Shown here: positions 9,143 to 21,334 of the stretch, piece by piece
Layout of the letters: the number at the start of each line of letters is the position of its first letter
How positions within the stretch are numbered: position 1 is the first letter of the stretch
Source: Mantamonas sphyraenae STR306
Taxonomy: Eukaryota > Protista > CRuMs
Reading direction: 5' to 3'
Assembly (NCBI GenBank): GCA_026936335.1
Contig: JAPMXV010000058.1
Span: forward strand, 124,001-188,000
DNA: 64,000 nucleotides
Position numbers and translations under genes: made by a program
The notes under the pieces: model-generated
Database searches by the model: none
What the model was told of the DNA's origin: nothing
What the model saw: the letters and a program-made list of their open reading frames with translations, nothing else

Positions 9143-11491
9143 ATGTACATTATTGCAGGGAGAAGCGGACGGACGACGACGACGGCGGTGTGGCTGTGGC
9201 TCTTGCTTGTTTCGGCAGGAATCCTTCTCACGGTGCCAACGCATACCTCTCACGCTGCACTGCTGATGGACCCCGCGGTGGCTTCCACTGTGGGCCACAC
9301 CCACGGCGGGGGCCACCGGTGCATCCATGACGAGGTCATGCGCACGCGAGGCCCTGCGGTGGCTGTGGTGCAGCAGTACGACGAGGACGACGACGTCGAA
9401 ACCAGAGCCAAAACGGGTCAAAAACGGCTCCTGAACCACGGGAGCGCAAACCAGGCGCTGCGCATCCGCATCGACACCACGTACCTGGGGGACGAGCCAG
9501 CATACACGTGTGCCACTGAGGGCCAGGTGGTGGACGTGGGCAACCCGGGCGCCGGCGGCTCGGCCTGCAACCGCGAAGCAAGCACGTTTTCCAACTGCAA
9601 ACTGACTTGTCTGGCCGACGACCTGCTCACGTCGGCCAAGCGCACACACATTGTGTCACTGGTGAACCAGGCGGTCACACGGCTGTCCAACGCCCTCAAG
9701 GTGGTGCCTGTGTCTGGCAATCTGACACTGGCCGGGGGCCAGTACGGACTGGTCAATCGCTTCACCATCCCGCAGGTGTACACCACCACGGGGGTGCCCA
9801 CCACCGACGTGGTCATCTTTGTCACCGCACGTCCCACCACCCCGGGCACACTGGCATACGCAGGGGAGCTGCAGAAGGATTCACGCGACCGTCCCATTGC
9901 AGGCCACTTCAACTGGGGTCCCAACAACCTGCAACTGAACGCCAGCCGTGATGCATTGCAACTGGGTGTGGCCATGCATGAGATCACCCACGCATTGGGC
10001 TTCTCGGCGTCCAAGTTTGCCGAATTTCGCAACTGGGATGCCGGACACACGCAACGGGGCCTGTCGAATGTCAAACGCACCGTGACACGCACCAATCCAG
10101 TCAATGCCAAGCTGTACAACGTCGAAGAGATCATTCTGCCCTCCGTGTTGACCAAGGCACGCGATCACTTTCAGTGCTTCAACAACCAACTCACAGGATT
10201 GCAGCTGGAGGACGGCGGTGGCTCAGGCACCTCTGGGTCGCATTGGGAACGGCGTTTGTTTCCAAACGAGTTTATGGCCGGGGCGGCGCCAAACAAGCCT
10301 GTGTTTTCTGCCATCACGCTGGCCCTGCTCACAGACAGCGGCTGGTACCAGGCGGACTACACACAGGCAGAGACGCTGGCATGGGGCAATGCGTTGGGCT
10401 GCAGTTTTGTCAATGGGTACTGCAGCCAGTGGACACAGCGTGGGTATAAGTGCGACACAGAGGGCGTTGCCGAGTGTTCCTTTGATTATCGCACCAAAAG
10501 CGTGTGTTCCGTCACCTCCTTCACCACCGCCCTCCCCGATCGATACCAACACTTTAGTGGCGAGCCACGCAAGGGCGGCCGTGAGGAGCTGGCCGACTAC
10601 TGTCCCTTCCTTGTGGGCTACGCCAACGGCGACTGCACCGATCTGGCCAACCAAGACAGCAACCTGGACCGGTACGGCGAGTCGTTTGGCACGCAAGCAC
10701 GCTGCTTCCCATCCACCCTCCTCAACCTGGCCGGATTCACCATCAATTCACGTCCGGCGTGCTACACCCACACCTGCACGTCGACCACCGACCTCAAGGT
10801 GCGTGTGGGCGGCGTGTGGCACGACTGCACCTCCAACACAGCCATCAATGTGGCCGACTTTGGAGGGCAACTCACCTGTCCCTCCACCAGCGACCTGTGT
10901 GCAGGCGGGGCCACAAGCAACATGACCTTCCCCTCCATCACCTCTGTCTCGCCCAGCTCCGTGTCAGCCATAGGAGGCACACGCATCACCATCACAGGCA
11001 CCAACCTCGGCGGCCCCAGTGCAGACGTCAAGGTCAGCGTCAGCAAGCAGGACGCAAGCATCAAGAGTCGCACCGAGACACAGATTGTGGCCACCATGCC
11101 CAAGCTCAGCTCCGTCGCAAGCACCAGCGCAAGTGCAAACACACAGGGGGGCACTCGCAAGGAAACGGTGGTCGTCACTGTGGACGATACCGCCGTGGCG
11201 GGGCCCTTTGAGTCGCTGGAAGTCAAGGCAGGCACAGGCAGCGACGCCCTCGACGAACTCGCCCAGTTTCTCATCGAACTCTTTGGTGACAATGCCGTCT
11301 ATGTGTATCGGTACTGGTGGGGCGGCGTGGTCCTCCTGGCCCTCATCATTGTCGTGGCCATGTACGTTTCCAAGCGCAAGAAGGAACGACGCGCCTTTGC
11401 CAACCAGGTCCATCCCGAGGTGCAACAGGCCGAACGCTCCGCAAAGGTGCCCCGTCGAATGCAACGTGAGTCCACAAGTTTGGTGTGGTGA
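9143..11491 (+). CDS. Leishmanolysin/GP63-like M8 metallopeptidase with IPT/TIG domain and C-terminal TM helix
   Basis: Signal peptide, HRCIHD propeptide, HEITHALGF zinc motif, LEDGGGSGTSGSHWE, NEFM Met-turn, DYCP, and 'PSITSVSPS..GGTRITITGTNL' IPT. Start codon inferred. Confidence 0.9.
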   Translation: MYIIAGRSGRTTTTAVWLWLLLVSAGILLTVPTHTSHAALLMDPAVASTVGHTHGGGHRCIHDEVMRTRGPAVAVVQQYDEDDDVETRAKTGQKRLLNHGSANQALRIRIDTTYLGDEPAYTCATEGQVVDVGNPGAGGSACNREASTFSNCKLTCLADDLLTSAKRTHIVSLVNQAVTRLSNALKVVPVSGNLTLAGGQYGLVNRFTIPQVYTTTGVPTTDVVIFVTARPTTPGTLAYAGELQKDSRDRPIAGHFNWGPNNLQLNASRDALQLGVAMHEITHALGFSASKFAEFRNWDAGHTQRGLSNVKRTVTRTNPVNAKLYNVEEIILPSVLTKARDHFQCFNNQLTGLQLEDGGGSGTSGSHWERRLFPNEFMAGAAPNKPVFSAITLALLTDSGWYQADYTQAETLAWGNALGCSFVNGYCSQWTQRGYKCDTEGVAECSFDYRTKSVCSVTSFTTALPDRYQHFSGEPRKGGREELADYCPFLVGYANGDCTDLANQDSNLDRYGESFGTQARCFPSTLLNLAGFTINSRPACYTHTCTSTTDLKVRVGGVWHDCTSNTAINVADFGGQLTCPSTSDLCAGGATSNMTFPSITSVSPSSVSAIGGTRITITGTNLGGPSADVKVSVSKQDASIKSRTETQIVATMPKLSSVASTSASANTQGGTRKETVVVTVDDTAVAGPFESLEVKAGTGSDALDELAQFLIELFGDNAVYVYRYWWGGVVLLALIIVVAMYVSKRKKERRAFANQVHPEVQQAERSAKVPRRMQRESTSLVW

Positions 11492-11533
11492 GGCAGCAGA
11501 GAACAACACAAAAGAAGAATTGTCAATTCAACA

Positions 11534-12260
11534 TCACCGCCCGCCGCTGTTGCTCTTGCTCTTGCTGCTCTTGCCTTTGGTATGACGCAACTGTTGGTGC
11601 TCCTCGTCCAATTCGATTTGCAGCTCCACCACCATTTGCCAGTCCTCGTCGAAGCCCTCGTTGGCACACTTGCGAAAGTGCTTGAGTGCCGCCTCTGTCT
11701 CCCCAGTCATCAGATAGCAGTACGCAAGCAGATGGTGCCCAGGGATCAATGCACCGGGCAGATCAATCTGTGTGTTGCAGACAGATCGAGATCGGGGCCA
11801 AGGTTGGTCGTGTGCTGGTGGTCAGCGTGCGCACATCATCTCTCCTCGCCACGCACGCATGCTGCAACGCCCACAAACACACATCCGCCCAACTGCTGGC
11901 CCGGATGACAACTTACATACAACTCCAGACACTTGGTGGCCTTGCCGTAGGCGCCCACGTGGTAAAACTCCTTGCCAATCTGTGCGCCAGCCAGGAAACG
12001 GTTAGCCGCCACTCGAAAAACACGCTCCCCACACGCATGTGACCACACACAAAGACACACAATGCGTCTGTGTGTGTGCACACAAGGCCTACGTTGCGCA
12101 TGCCTCCACACCCCTGCCAACTCACATTGTACACGTCGAGGATGTCTGGCGGCCGATTGAGGATGTTCTTGAACCAGGTCACCGTTTCCTCGTCGGTAAA
12201 CTCCTCCTGGAATGTCTCCAGATCCTTGAGCGAGGCCAAATGTCCAACATCCGCCTGCAT
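11534..12260 (-). CDS. Small TPR-like helical protein, 3 exons
   Basis: Exons ~12260-12127, 11979-11917 and 11767-11534, joined by GTGAGT/GTAAGT..CAG introns. TPR-like 'IGKEFYHVGAYGKATKCLELY' and 'HHLLAYCYLMTGETEAALKHF'. Confidence 0.6.
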
Positions 12261-12345
12261 GGCCAACAGCAAGAGTTGGGGTTTGGGTCTCTGTGGTTGG
12301 TTGCATTCGTGTGCGCGGGCACACCCAAACACACTACGGAAAGAG

Positions 12346-14980
12346 ATGTCGTCGCTGGGAGTGCCACCCAGCAGCTTTCGACGATCGTCCAGCTACGCAA
12401 GCAGCGGATCCAAAAGCAGCTCTGCGTCGGGTGGAGGAGGCGGTGGACAGCAGCAGCAGCAGCTGAACCGCAGGAGCAGCAACGAGATCTTGGCCACCGA
12501 GTCGCTGGCCCACTTCCAGGGAGACCTCTACGAGTCTCCCATCGAGAATCTGTACCAGTATTTATGGACCAAGACGGAGGAGCTGCGCACCTGTCCCAAC
12601 GTGATGATTCCCGACACGGTGGTGGTCAAGTATGGCGCCGTTGCCGCCTGGTACTTCAACTCCGTCAAAGACGGCCAGCTGAAAAAGAAGAACAGCGTCA
12701 ATTGTACAAAGGAGAACATCTTCAAGGCCATGACCAAGAACAGCAAGAGCTCCTCCGACATCGTTGCCTACTTTATCACCAACGAGGAGGACGAGGATGG
12801 TATGTGTGCACGCTCACCATCGCTTTCGCTTTCCCACCTCTCGCCACCGGCTGAGGCCAACGGCCACCTTCTCCCATTGCCTCCCCCACGCTCACCCCGG
12901 CCCTTGCACCTTCCCACCTCCTCACCACACAGGCGAAGAATCCTCCACCATCGAGTACATGGACGAGCTGCTGCTCAAACACTTCCTGTGGGGCCGTGGA
13001 TGGCCCGAAAACGGCATCCTGCAAGCCTTTTTGCGGCCCAAGGGCGGATCAAACTGTACGTTGGACGCCACACACACACCTGCACACATACACACACACA
13101 TGCGCACACTCGGCATGCACATGCGGTTGTGTGTGCACATTGGCATGGCGTCAGACATGGCGCCTCGCTGCCTGGACGCCGGTTTTTTGTGTGTGAGAGC
13201 TCGACCGTTGGATTGCTGACACAAGCCTCGCCCGTTTGCCCTCCCTCGGCCTTTGCCGCATCTTGTACGTCGCCCACACGTTGTGGTGTGTCCCACAGCC
13301 ATGCTCCGAGCAGCGTGGTCGCCCTTGCTGTGCATTGTGGAGCGGCGTGTGAACAACAAGCGGCTGGACGACAAGCGGACGACGCTGTACGAAAAGGCGG
13401 TGACGTTTGACGGGCCGGATTACCTCAGCACGACGGTGCCTCTGAGTGGCAACTCGTTGTCATCGCACATCCGACGCATTTGCATCAGCATTGCGGACCA
13501 CATTGAAAACACGTCGCCGCAGCAGTACAAAATCAAGAGCATGGTGTTGAACTTCCGTGTGGACCCGGACGACCACATCTGGCTGCTGTGGTGTTCTGCC
13601 CTGCGTGTGGACGGCTCCACGGGGATGGCCAGTGCGATGACGCTGAACGACTCGACGTTGGCAGGGACGTCGGAGGGCAAGGGCCGTTCGGTGGGGTTGT
13701 TGATGCGACCCAGCAAGAACTCGGAGCGATCGTTCCACTGCCCGTCGTGCTTCCGCATCCGCAACCTGGACGAACAGTACGAGGTCAGCTACAAGATGGT
13801 GATCACACAGCACCAGAACCAGCAGGCGATGAAGTCGTACCTGCCGTCCAATGCAAACAGGCTGCGGCTGTTTCCCGACTTTGCCAAGCAGAAGAAACTG
13901 GAGGAAGAGGAGCTGATACGCATGCAGCAGGAACGGCAGGAGGAGCTGCAGGAGAGGCAGCAGCGAGGGGCTCGCACATCGCGCAAGAAGCACCAGCAGA
14001 GTGCGTACATGAACGATGACGACGAAGAGGACGATTGGGACGATGACTTGGACAGGTGGGAGAACAAGGAAGCCATCCCACCGGTGATCCGCTATCTGCA
14101 TCCGCACATGAGCGTGTCCCGCTTCACCGATCTCATGGACAACCCGCAATTCCTGTTCACCTCGGCCAAGGTGTGCGAAGACTGCACGCTGGTGTTCAAC
14201 GAGAGTGCATTCCTGAACCTGCAAACCAACGAGAAGCAGCTGAAGAAGGCCAAGAGCGACGTGAGGCGCAGACAGGAGGCAAGCTCATTTGTGCCCAAGG
14301 TGGCCTACGAGTCGACGGGCCACACGCGACGCAGCACATGGAAGTATCCGGGCAGCAGCACACGACGCAGTACCACAGGCGACGAGTCGTCACCTCGTGG
14401 AGGGGCAGGCTCGCGACTGACGGAGGAGCGTTTGGTGCGGCAACAGGTGGAACTGCTGGAGGACGACTACTCGGAGGACGAATACGACGACGAGGCAGAG
14501 TTGGACAGCACCCTGCGCAGCAGCACCTACTACGGTGAACACGCGACACAGGGACAGAGCAGCAGCGGCAGTGGCAGCGGCAGCCGCAGCGGAAACGGAA
14601 ACAGCAACAGTGTGGCGGTGGACCACGGCGCATCGTCGTCGAGCATGGCCAGCAGCACACGACGAAGGCACGCACGTGTGCGTCGCGACGACGAACCCAA
14701 CGCAGGTGGAGACGACAACGACCAGGGGTATGGTGCCGACGCAGGCGTGGCCGGCACTAGCGGTGGCAAGAAGAAGGGCAAAGGCAAGGGCAAAGGCAAG
14801 AAACGCACCACGGGGGTGCGTGCACGTACCAAGAAGCGCACCAGTGGCATCCGCAAGAAGAAACGGGGCGGATCGACGTCGCGGGTGGCAACAAGCGATG
14901 CAGAGGACAACGACAGCAGCCCCAAACTCACCGACACGGGCGAAGGGTACGACACAAACGCACTCGATTTGATTGGATGA
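12346..14980 (+). CDS. Uncharacterised protein: globular N-terminal domain, split CxxC..CxxC, basic/acidic tail; 3 exons
   Basis: Exons join in frame (introns ~12800-12932 and ~13056-13298); CPSC and CEDC pairs; Lys-rich NLS-like C-terminus. Confidence 0.65.
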
Positions 14981-15057
14981 TGGTTGGATGATGGAATGAT
15001 GGATGGAGATGTGCGCACACCAATGAAAGCGAACCGCGTTGACAAACACCGCAGGCA

Positions 15058-15713
15058 ATGTCTGAAGTGACACCTCTCAAAGACGACCTCATCACCGAAC
15101 TGCAAATGCAGGTGGACGACATGGCACGCACGTTTGCCACGGCTGTCAACACAGTGACCATGCAGGCGCCGTCGGTGGCCCTGTACGACGACCGGAAACC
15201 ACTCAAGGCCAAACGGTTGCTGGCCGACCTTCCGCCCGAGCCTGAACGGCTGAGCGCAGAAGAGATGCAGAGCAAGGTCAACACAGTGGCCAAGGAGCTC
15301 GTGCAGCAAGGAACACGCATGGACAAACTCATCGAAAGCATGGGCCAGCTCGCAGACACCGAGGAACAGGTTGCCGCTCAACTTCAACAAATGCACGACA
15401 ACGACGCACAGGCACGCGAGGACCTGGCCACACATCTCGCCACAGCAGGTATGTGTTTTCTCCTCTGTCCCATCCGCCTCGCTCGCTCTCTCCTGCCTCA
15501 ACCCCGTCGTCGCCTCGCTCACTCGCCCGCCGTTCGTTGCGCACAGAACGCTGGCTCGATCAGGTCCAGGATGCCCTGCTTGTCATCAGCAAAGACCGCC
15601 TCGAGACACGCGACCGCTCGCTCAGGCGCAGCCGCACTCAGGGAAACGAGGCCACAGACACCGAAGCTGCGCTGGACAAGACACAGGATGCCATGGACAC
15701 AGAGCTGTTTTAG
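15058..15713 (+). CDS. MED21: Mediator subunit 21 (Srb7)
   Basis: 'DLITELQMQVDDMARTF', 'AKELVQQGTRMDKLIESM', 'EEQ..QL' and 'AERWLDQVQDAL'; intron ~15449-15546. Confidence 0.75.
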
Positions 15714-15740
15714 CGGGGGTCGTCCCAATCCAACTCGATC

Positions 15741-18716
15741 ATGGATGCCAATCCGCTCCGCTTTGCGTTTGACACATCCAACACGCCGCTGCTGACCGAT
15801 TTCCTCGACGATGACGTCATTGGCGTCGACGCAGGCACTACGCGTGACGACATGGACCTCGAAGTCAGCAGCAGCAGCGCGGGAAGCAATCTGACGAGCC
15901 GCCACACGCAGTTTGTGCTCGCCTCCACGCCATCCACACAATCAGCTGCCAATACGGGTGCACAACCAAACACGGGTGCTAGCGACGAGGTGGACGATGC
16001 AGAGGTCATCCTCTCCCTCTTCTGGGCAAACAACAGGTGAGAACGAGGTTTGCTCGAAATCCCTTCGTCCAACTCAACAGGAATCCTGACACAACAACCA
16101 CACGCACAAACACACTCACTGTCCCTCTCGTTGGGTTGCAGACTCGGCATCGCCTATTACGTCATGGAAACGCAGGAACTACACATCACTGAAACACACG
16201 AGGAGGACGACTTTTCCTGTGTGCAGCTCATCAAGTACGACGCCCAGCCCACGACGATCCTCGTCAGCAGCAAGGCCCCAGGTTCTCTTCTCCTCGCCGT
16301 GGGTGGTGCTGACGACCAGGAAACCGCAGAGGCTTCATCGTCTTCCTCATCCCCGCCCATGGCCGAGCCAGCTGCAGATGACATCCGCCCCACCATCCTC
16401 AAGGCATCCGACTATGCTGAACAGGCCGCAATCCACAAAATCAAGATGCTCAAGCTGCCCCGCGATGTGCTGCCCTACGACCTTGACAACTGCACAGACT
16501 CTGAACGCCTGGCGCTCATGAGCACCTTTGTCAACTTTGAGTGGGCTGCGATGGTCCGTGCCCTCGGCGGACTCCTCTCCTACCTCCTCAAAGTCCACAT
16601 GACGCCCCTCACGTCGACAAACAACGCCGTCCCGTCGCGTGATGCCGCCGATCTCCGCGCCCCTCACCTCTACGTCAACGCCATCCATCAGTTCTCCCTC
16701 GAGGGTCTCCTCACCCTCGACGCAAACACCTTCAACACCCTCCAGATCTTCAACACAGACCGTCACCCTACCATCCACCAGCTCGGCAAGTCCAAGGAGG
16801 GCCTCTCCTTGTTCTCCCTCTTCCATGCAAAGACCTCGTCCAGCCCCGGCCGCAAACTTCTTCGCGTCTGGTTTGTGCGCCCCATCCTCAAGATCGATGT
16901 CATCCAAGCCCGTCAGCAGTGTGTCGCCTACTTTAGCGACCCACGCCGCCACGAGCTCCTGGAAGAACTTGCCTCTCTCCTCCGCACCGTCAAGGATGTC
17001 CCTCGCATCCTGGCACGCTTCCGCTCGGTCACAAGCTCCCAAAATGATTGGCTCTTCCTCCACCGCTCCATCGGTGCCATGAAGGCCATCCGCGATATCA
17101 TGGTCACCGTGGCTACGTCCGCGCCCGCCCAAGATGACGCCGACGACGATGATGACAACGATGATGATAACGATGAGGACAATGAGCGCAAGGACGACCA
17201 TCCCGTCCAACTGCCCTACCTCTTTGCCATGGTGGAGGAGTACATCGACCCGGCCATCGACTCGCTCATGGCACACATGTCCCGCATCCTCGACTTTGCC
17301 CCAAACACGGGAAGCAGCAGCAGCACGGGAGGAAGCAGCAGTGCAGCAGACTCGTCCTCTGCAGGTGCCTGTGTCTGTGTGCGCGACGGGGTCGACGACC
17401 AGCTGGACAACTTGCGTGCTCAGTACGATGCCATGGACACCTTTCTCAACGCAGTGGCCACTGAGGAAATCAAGCACGGCGCCCTCGCCCACGTGCCCGA
17501 TCTCGCCCTCCGCTTTGTCTACTTCCCACAAATCGGCTTCCTCGTCGTCCTTCCCACCCGGCTGGCTGCCCACATCCACTCCGTCGACGAGTTTGAGTTT
17601 CAGTTTGCCACCGATGCCTACGTGTACTACAAGAACGACCGCGCCCACCAGATGGACGACCACTTTGGCGACCTGTACGCACTCATCGTTGACCGACAGC
17701 AGTACATCTTGCGCCAGCTCGAGGCCAAGATCCTGGCCAATGCCTCCACCCTGTCCCTCGCCTGCGCCGTCGTCGCAGAACTCGACTGCCTCCTCGCCTT
17801 TACCCGCGTCGCCGTCGAGTACAACTACACCTGTCCGCAGCTCACCGAGGACACGCAGTGTGTCAGTATCACCCGTGGCAGGCATCCGCTCCAGGAGCTG
17901 TGTGTCGATGTGTTTATCCCCAACGACACGCAGGTGGAGAACAACGACGTGCAGCTGCTCACAGGCGCAAACTTTTCGGGCAAGAGCGTGTACATGAAGC
18001 AGGTGGCTCTCATCACCTACATGGCCCATCTGGGCTCCTACGTACCCGCAGACGACGCCTGCATCGGCTTCACAGACCGCATCTTTACACGCATCCACGG
18101 ACGCGAAACTGTCAGCGTGGACCGCAGCTCCTTCATGATCGATCTCCACCAGATTGCCGTCATGCTGCGTCACATGACTCACCAGAGTCTGCTGCTGGTG
18201 GACGAGTTTGGCAAGGGCACGTCGTGGAAACACGGACTCAGTCTCATGTACGGCCTTGTGGCAACCCTGCTCGACCTGTCGCCGGCCAACCGACCCAAGG
18301 CCCTGGTGTGCACACACTTTCATGAGCTCATGCACACCCAGCTGCTGTCTGCAAACACCCCTGGCCTCAACCTGCTGTGCACCCAGATTGTCCAGACCCA
18401 TGCACACGAGAACGACGATGGCATCCCAGACCTGGTCTTTCTGTACCAGATCCAGCCGGGGAGTGCCACGTCGTCGTTTGCCTTTACGTGTGCCGCACGT
18501 GCAGGGATCCCGGCAGCCATTGCCCAGCGAGGCCTGCACATTGCAAAGTGCATCGCCGACGGCGAGGCCATTGAACCGCTGCATTCGGAGCGCACTGCAC
18601 GCAAGGAGGAGGAGTACCGAGATGTGGTGGAGAGGTTCATGGATGTGGATGTGGATGATGTGGAGGCAGTGGTGGCGTTTGTGCACACGCTGCAGGATCG
18701 ATCGAGCAGGGCGTGA
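15741..18716 (+). CDS. MSH5: MutS homolog 5 (meiotic crossover factor)
   Basis: LQIFNTDRHP..KEGLSLF, GRHPLQEL, TGANFSGKSVYMKQVALI, SSFMIDLHQ and DEFGKGT (MSH5-type); intron ~16037-16141. Confidence 0.92.
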
Positions 18717-19021
18717 TGTGGTTTGGGTGGACAGGTGTGGAACAGGGGAGGGTGGGAATGGGAGGGTATGGGTGTGGGGAGAATGGAGGTGGGGGGAGAT
18801 GGGTGGAGGAAGATGGTGGAAGGTGGAATGAAAGTGCGCAGTTGGGGCCACGGAAACTTGCATTGGGAAAAGAACGGGTGAGTGGTGTGTGATGTTGGGG
18901 GTAGAGAAGAGAAGCGGATGGAAGTGGGGGTAGGTGGGATCGATGAAGGGCGGAGGGGGGCAGCAGAAGAACGGGTGGCCGGGACGTTGCTGACAGGTCA
19001 TCATTGGACACAGCAAACAAC

Positions 19022-21305
19022 ATGAGCAGACAAAAGAAAATTGACTGGAAGGAACTTCTGGGCAGTGGGGATGTGGAGCGCATCGGAGCTGCTTTGGTGG
19101 AAGTGGGGGAGGTGAGTTTGCGAGAGGGCGAGAGGGAAATTTGGCGTTTGCTGCGGGACGGGAGAGGGGTGAATTGTTGGGTGCGGGATGGTGGAACAGG
19201 TGGGAGTTGTGGTGAGGGGCGGGATGGTGGATGTGGAGAAAGATGACTGACCCGGGGTGGTGCAGGAATTGGATCTGAGGTGGAAGGAGATTGGCGACGC
19301 GGAAGTTGCGGCGCTGGCCAAGGCACTGCGAGAGAACAGCAGCTTGCAGACACTGTACCTCAGCTTGAACAGCATCGGGGCAGAAGGAGCAGCAGCACTG
19401 GCGCAGGCACTGAGCGAGCACAGCAGCTTGCAGACGCTGGACCTCAGAGCCAACGGCATCGGGGACGAAGGAGCAGCAGCACTGGCGCAGGCACTGGAGA
19501 GCAACCACGCATGCTGGGGCATGTATGGTGTCAAAAGCGACGCCGTCACCACGCTCCTTTCTCGCAACAAAGGCCACGCAAATGCCTTTGTCAACGCTGC
19601 TCGTCATGCAAACACCGCTGCCATGCAGGAAGAGCTCGACTGGGGTGTACCCATCGACACGTGGCCTGATGAAGAAAACACAGCACTCACCATTGCTGTG
19701 GAAAACAACGATCTTCACCTGTGCAAGTGGCTGACCCAGCGTGGTGCCGACCCGTTGTGTCGCCCAGTAGGCTACAAGCAAAATGCAGTGGAACTGGCCC
19801 GAAAACACGGCCACACAGCCATTCTGGACCTGTTCTCTGGCACCACACGCACCACACGCTCAACTCCACCGCCCGAGGAGGTCCATGTACTCGATGGCGA
19901 CGAGTCGTTGGAGATCCCGTGGTCGGACCTGGACAAGGGAGAGCTGCTGGGTGAGGGTGGCTTTGCATTTGTGTACAAAGGGATGCTGCGTGGAAGCACA
20001 CCAGTGGCCATCAAGATGATGAGGGTGCAGCTGATGGACGAGGAACACGCAGCAGCATTCAACCAAGAGGTGCGAACGATGAAGGGACTGCGACACCACA
20101 ACATGATCACTCTGCACGGAGTGTGCACGGAACCAGAGAGGGTGTGCATGGTGACGGAGCTGTGTGAGCTTGGGTCGCTGCACAAGCTGCTGCACGGACG
20201 CGGCGAGGGTGTGGAAGGCCTTTCGATGGAGGCCAAGGTGCAGATTGCACGGGATGTGGCCGACGGGATGGCGTACCTGCACGGCTACAAACCACCCATC
20301 ATGCACAGGGACCTGAAGCCAGAGAATGTGCTGCTGGACAGGCGTGGCGTGGCACGGATCAGCGACTTTGGGCTGAGCCGTGTCAAGGAGCACACCAAGA
20401 CGAAAACCAAGTCAGGCGCTGGCTCATGGCAGTACATGGCACCTGAGCTGCTGCTGGGAGACGACGATGACGATGATGACAGTGACAGTGAGGACGAAGG
20501 AGGTGCATCGTCCTCGTTCCCCTCGCCTTCCTCCTCGTCAGGGGGTGACGTGCGGACGTTTGACGAAAAGGTGGATGTGTTTGCGTTTGGGATGGTGCTG
20601 TGGGAGATGATGCATGAAGTGCAGCCGTACAGCGGCAAGAAGAACTATGGGCTGACGAGGCACATGGCCAAGCTGATGAAGAAGCCAGACAAGCGAGAGA
20701 AGATCAACACGAGCGTGTGTCCTTCATGGGCAAAGAAGCTGATTGAGCAATGCTGGGCAACGCAACCGTCGAAGCGGCCGCCATTCACACAGATCATAGA
20801 CACCCTGGACACGGTGGAGATGATGCACAAGGAACAGATGCACTCGCAGGTGGAGATTGTCAGCATCCTGCACGAGATGCAAGGAACGCAAGCACAGATC
20901 CTGGACGCGGTGCAGTTTGACCACGAGGCATGGCAGGCACACGTCACTGCACTGGACTCATCCACCCAGCAGGAGGTGCTGACGGCACTGCGTCAACTGC
21001 AAAGCGACACAGAGTCTCTGAAGAGCAAGAGCGGTCACCAGAGCAAGGCGATCCGGTTGCTTGCAAAGCAGCAGCCGCAGATGCGAGCATGGCTGACGGA
21101 AGTGCAGACACGCGCAGAGGCACAGGGGCTGAATGCTGCGGATGTGGATGTCGTGCGTGCGCAACTGGCTGCCATGGAACAGGACATTGTGGGGTTGAAA
21201 TCCACGGTCAGCAGCCAATCGGCAACATTGGTGGACGTGCAACAGACCCTGGTCACCGTGGAGATTAGCACCAGTGCCACTGGCGAGGACACAGACGAAA
21301 TGTAA
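19022..21305 (+). CDS. LRR(RI-like)-ankyrin-TKL kinase-coiled-coil protein
   Basis: 28-aa LRRs, ankyrin-like 'TALTIAV..GADP..NAVELARKHGH', kinase motifs GEGGFA, VAIK, HRDLKPEN, DFG and APE; intron ~19112-19266. Confidence 0.85.
19337..19504 (+). repeat. Two near-identical tandem 84-bp LRR-coding repeats
   Basis: cagcagcttgcagac recurs at 19337 and 19421; gaaggagcagcagcactggcgcaggcactg is identical in both copies. Confidence 0.9.
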
Positions 21306-21334
21306 TCCCACCTTGGAAAATCAACTTGTTTTCT

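Noticed and set aside
16347-19814. 1,155-aa antisense ORF, and similar long antisense ORFs (29721-31595, 37823-40486, 53512-55164)
   Set aside because: Shadow ORFs of GC3-rich sense genes; no motifs and they run across gene boundaries.
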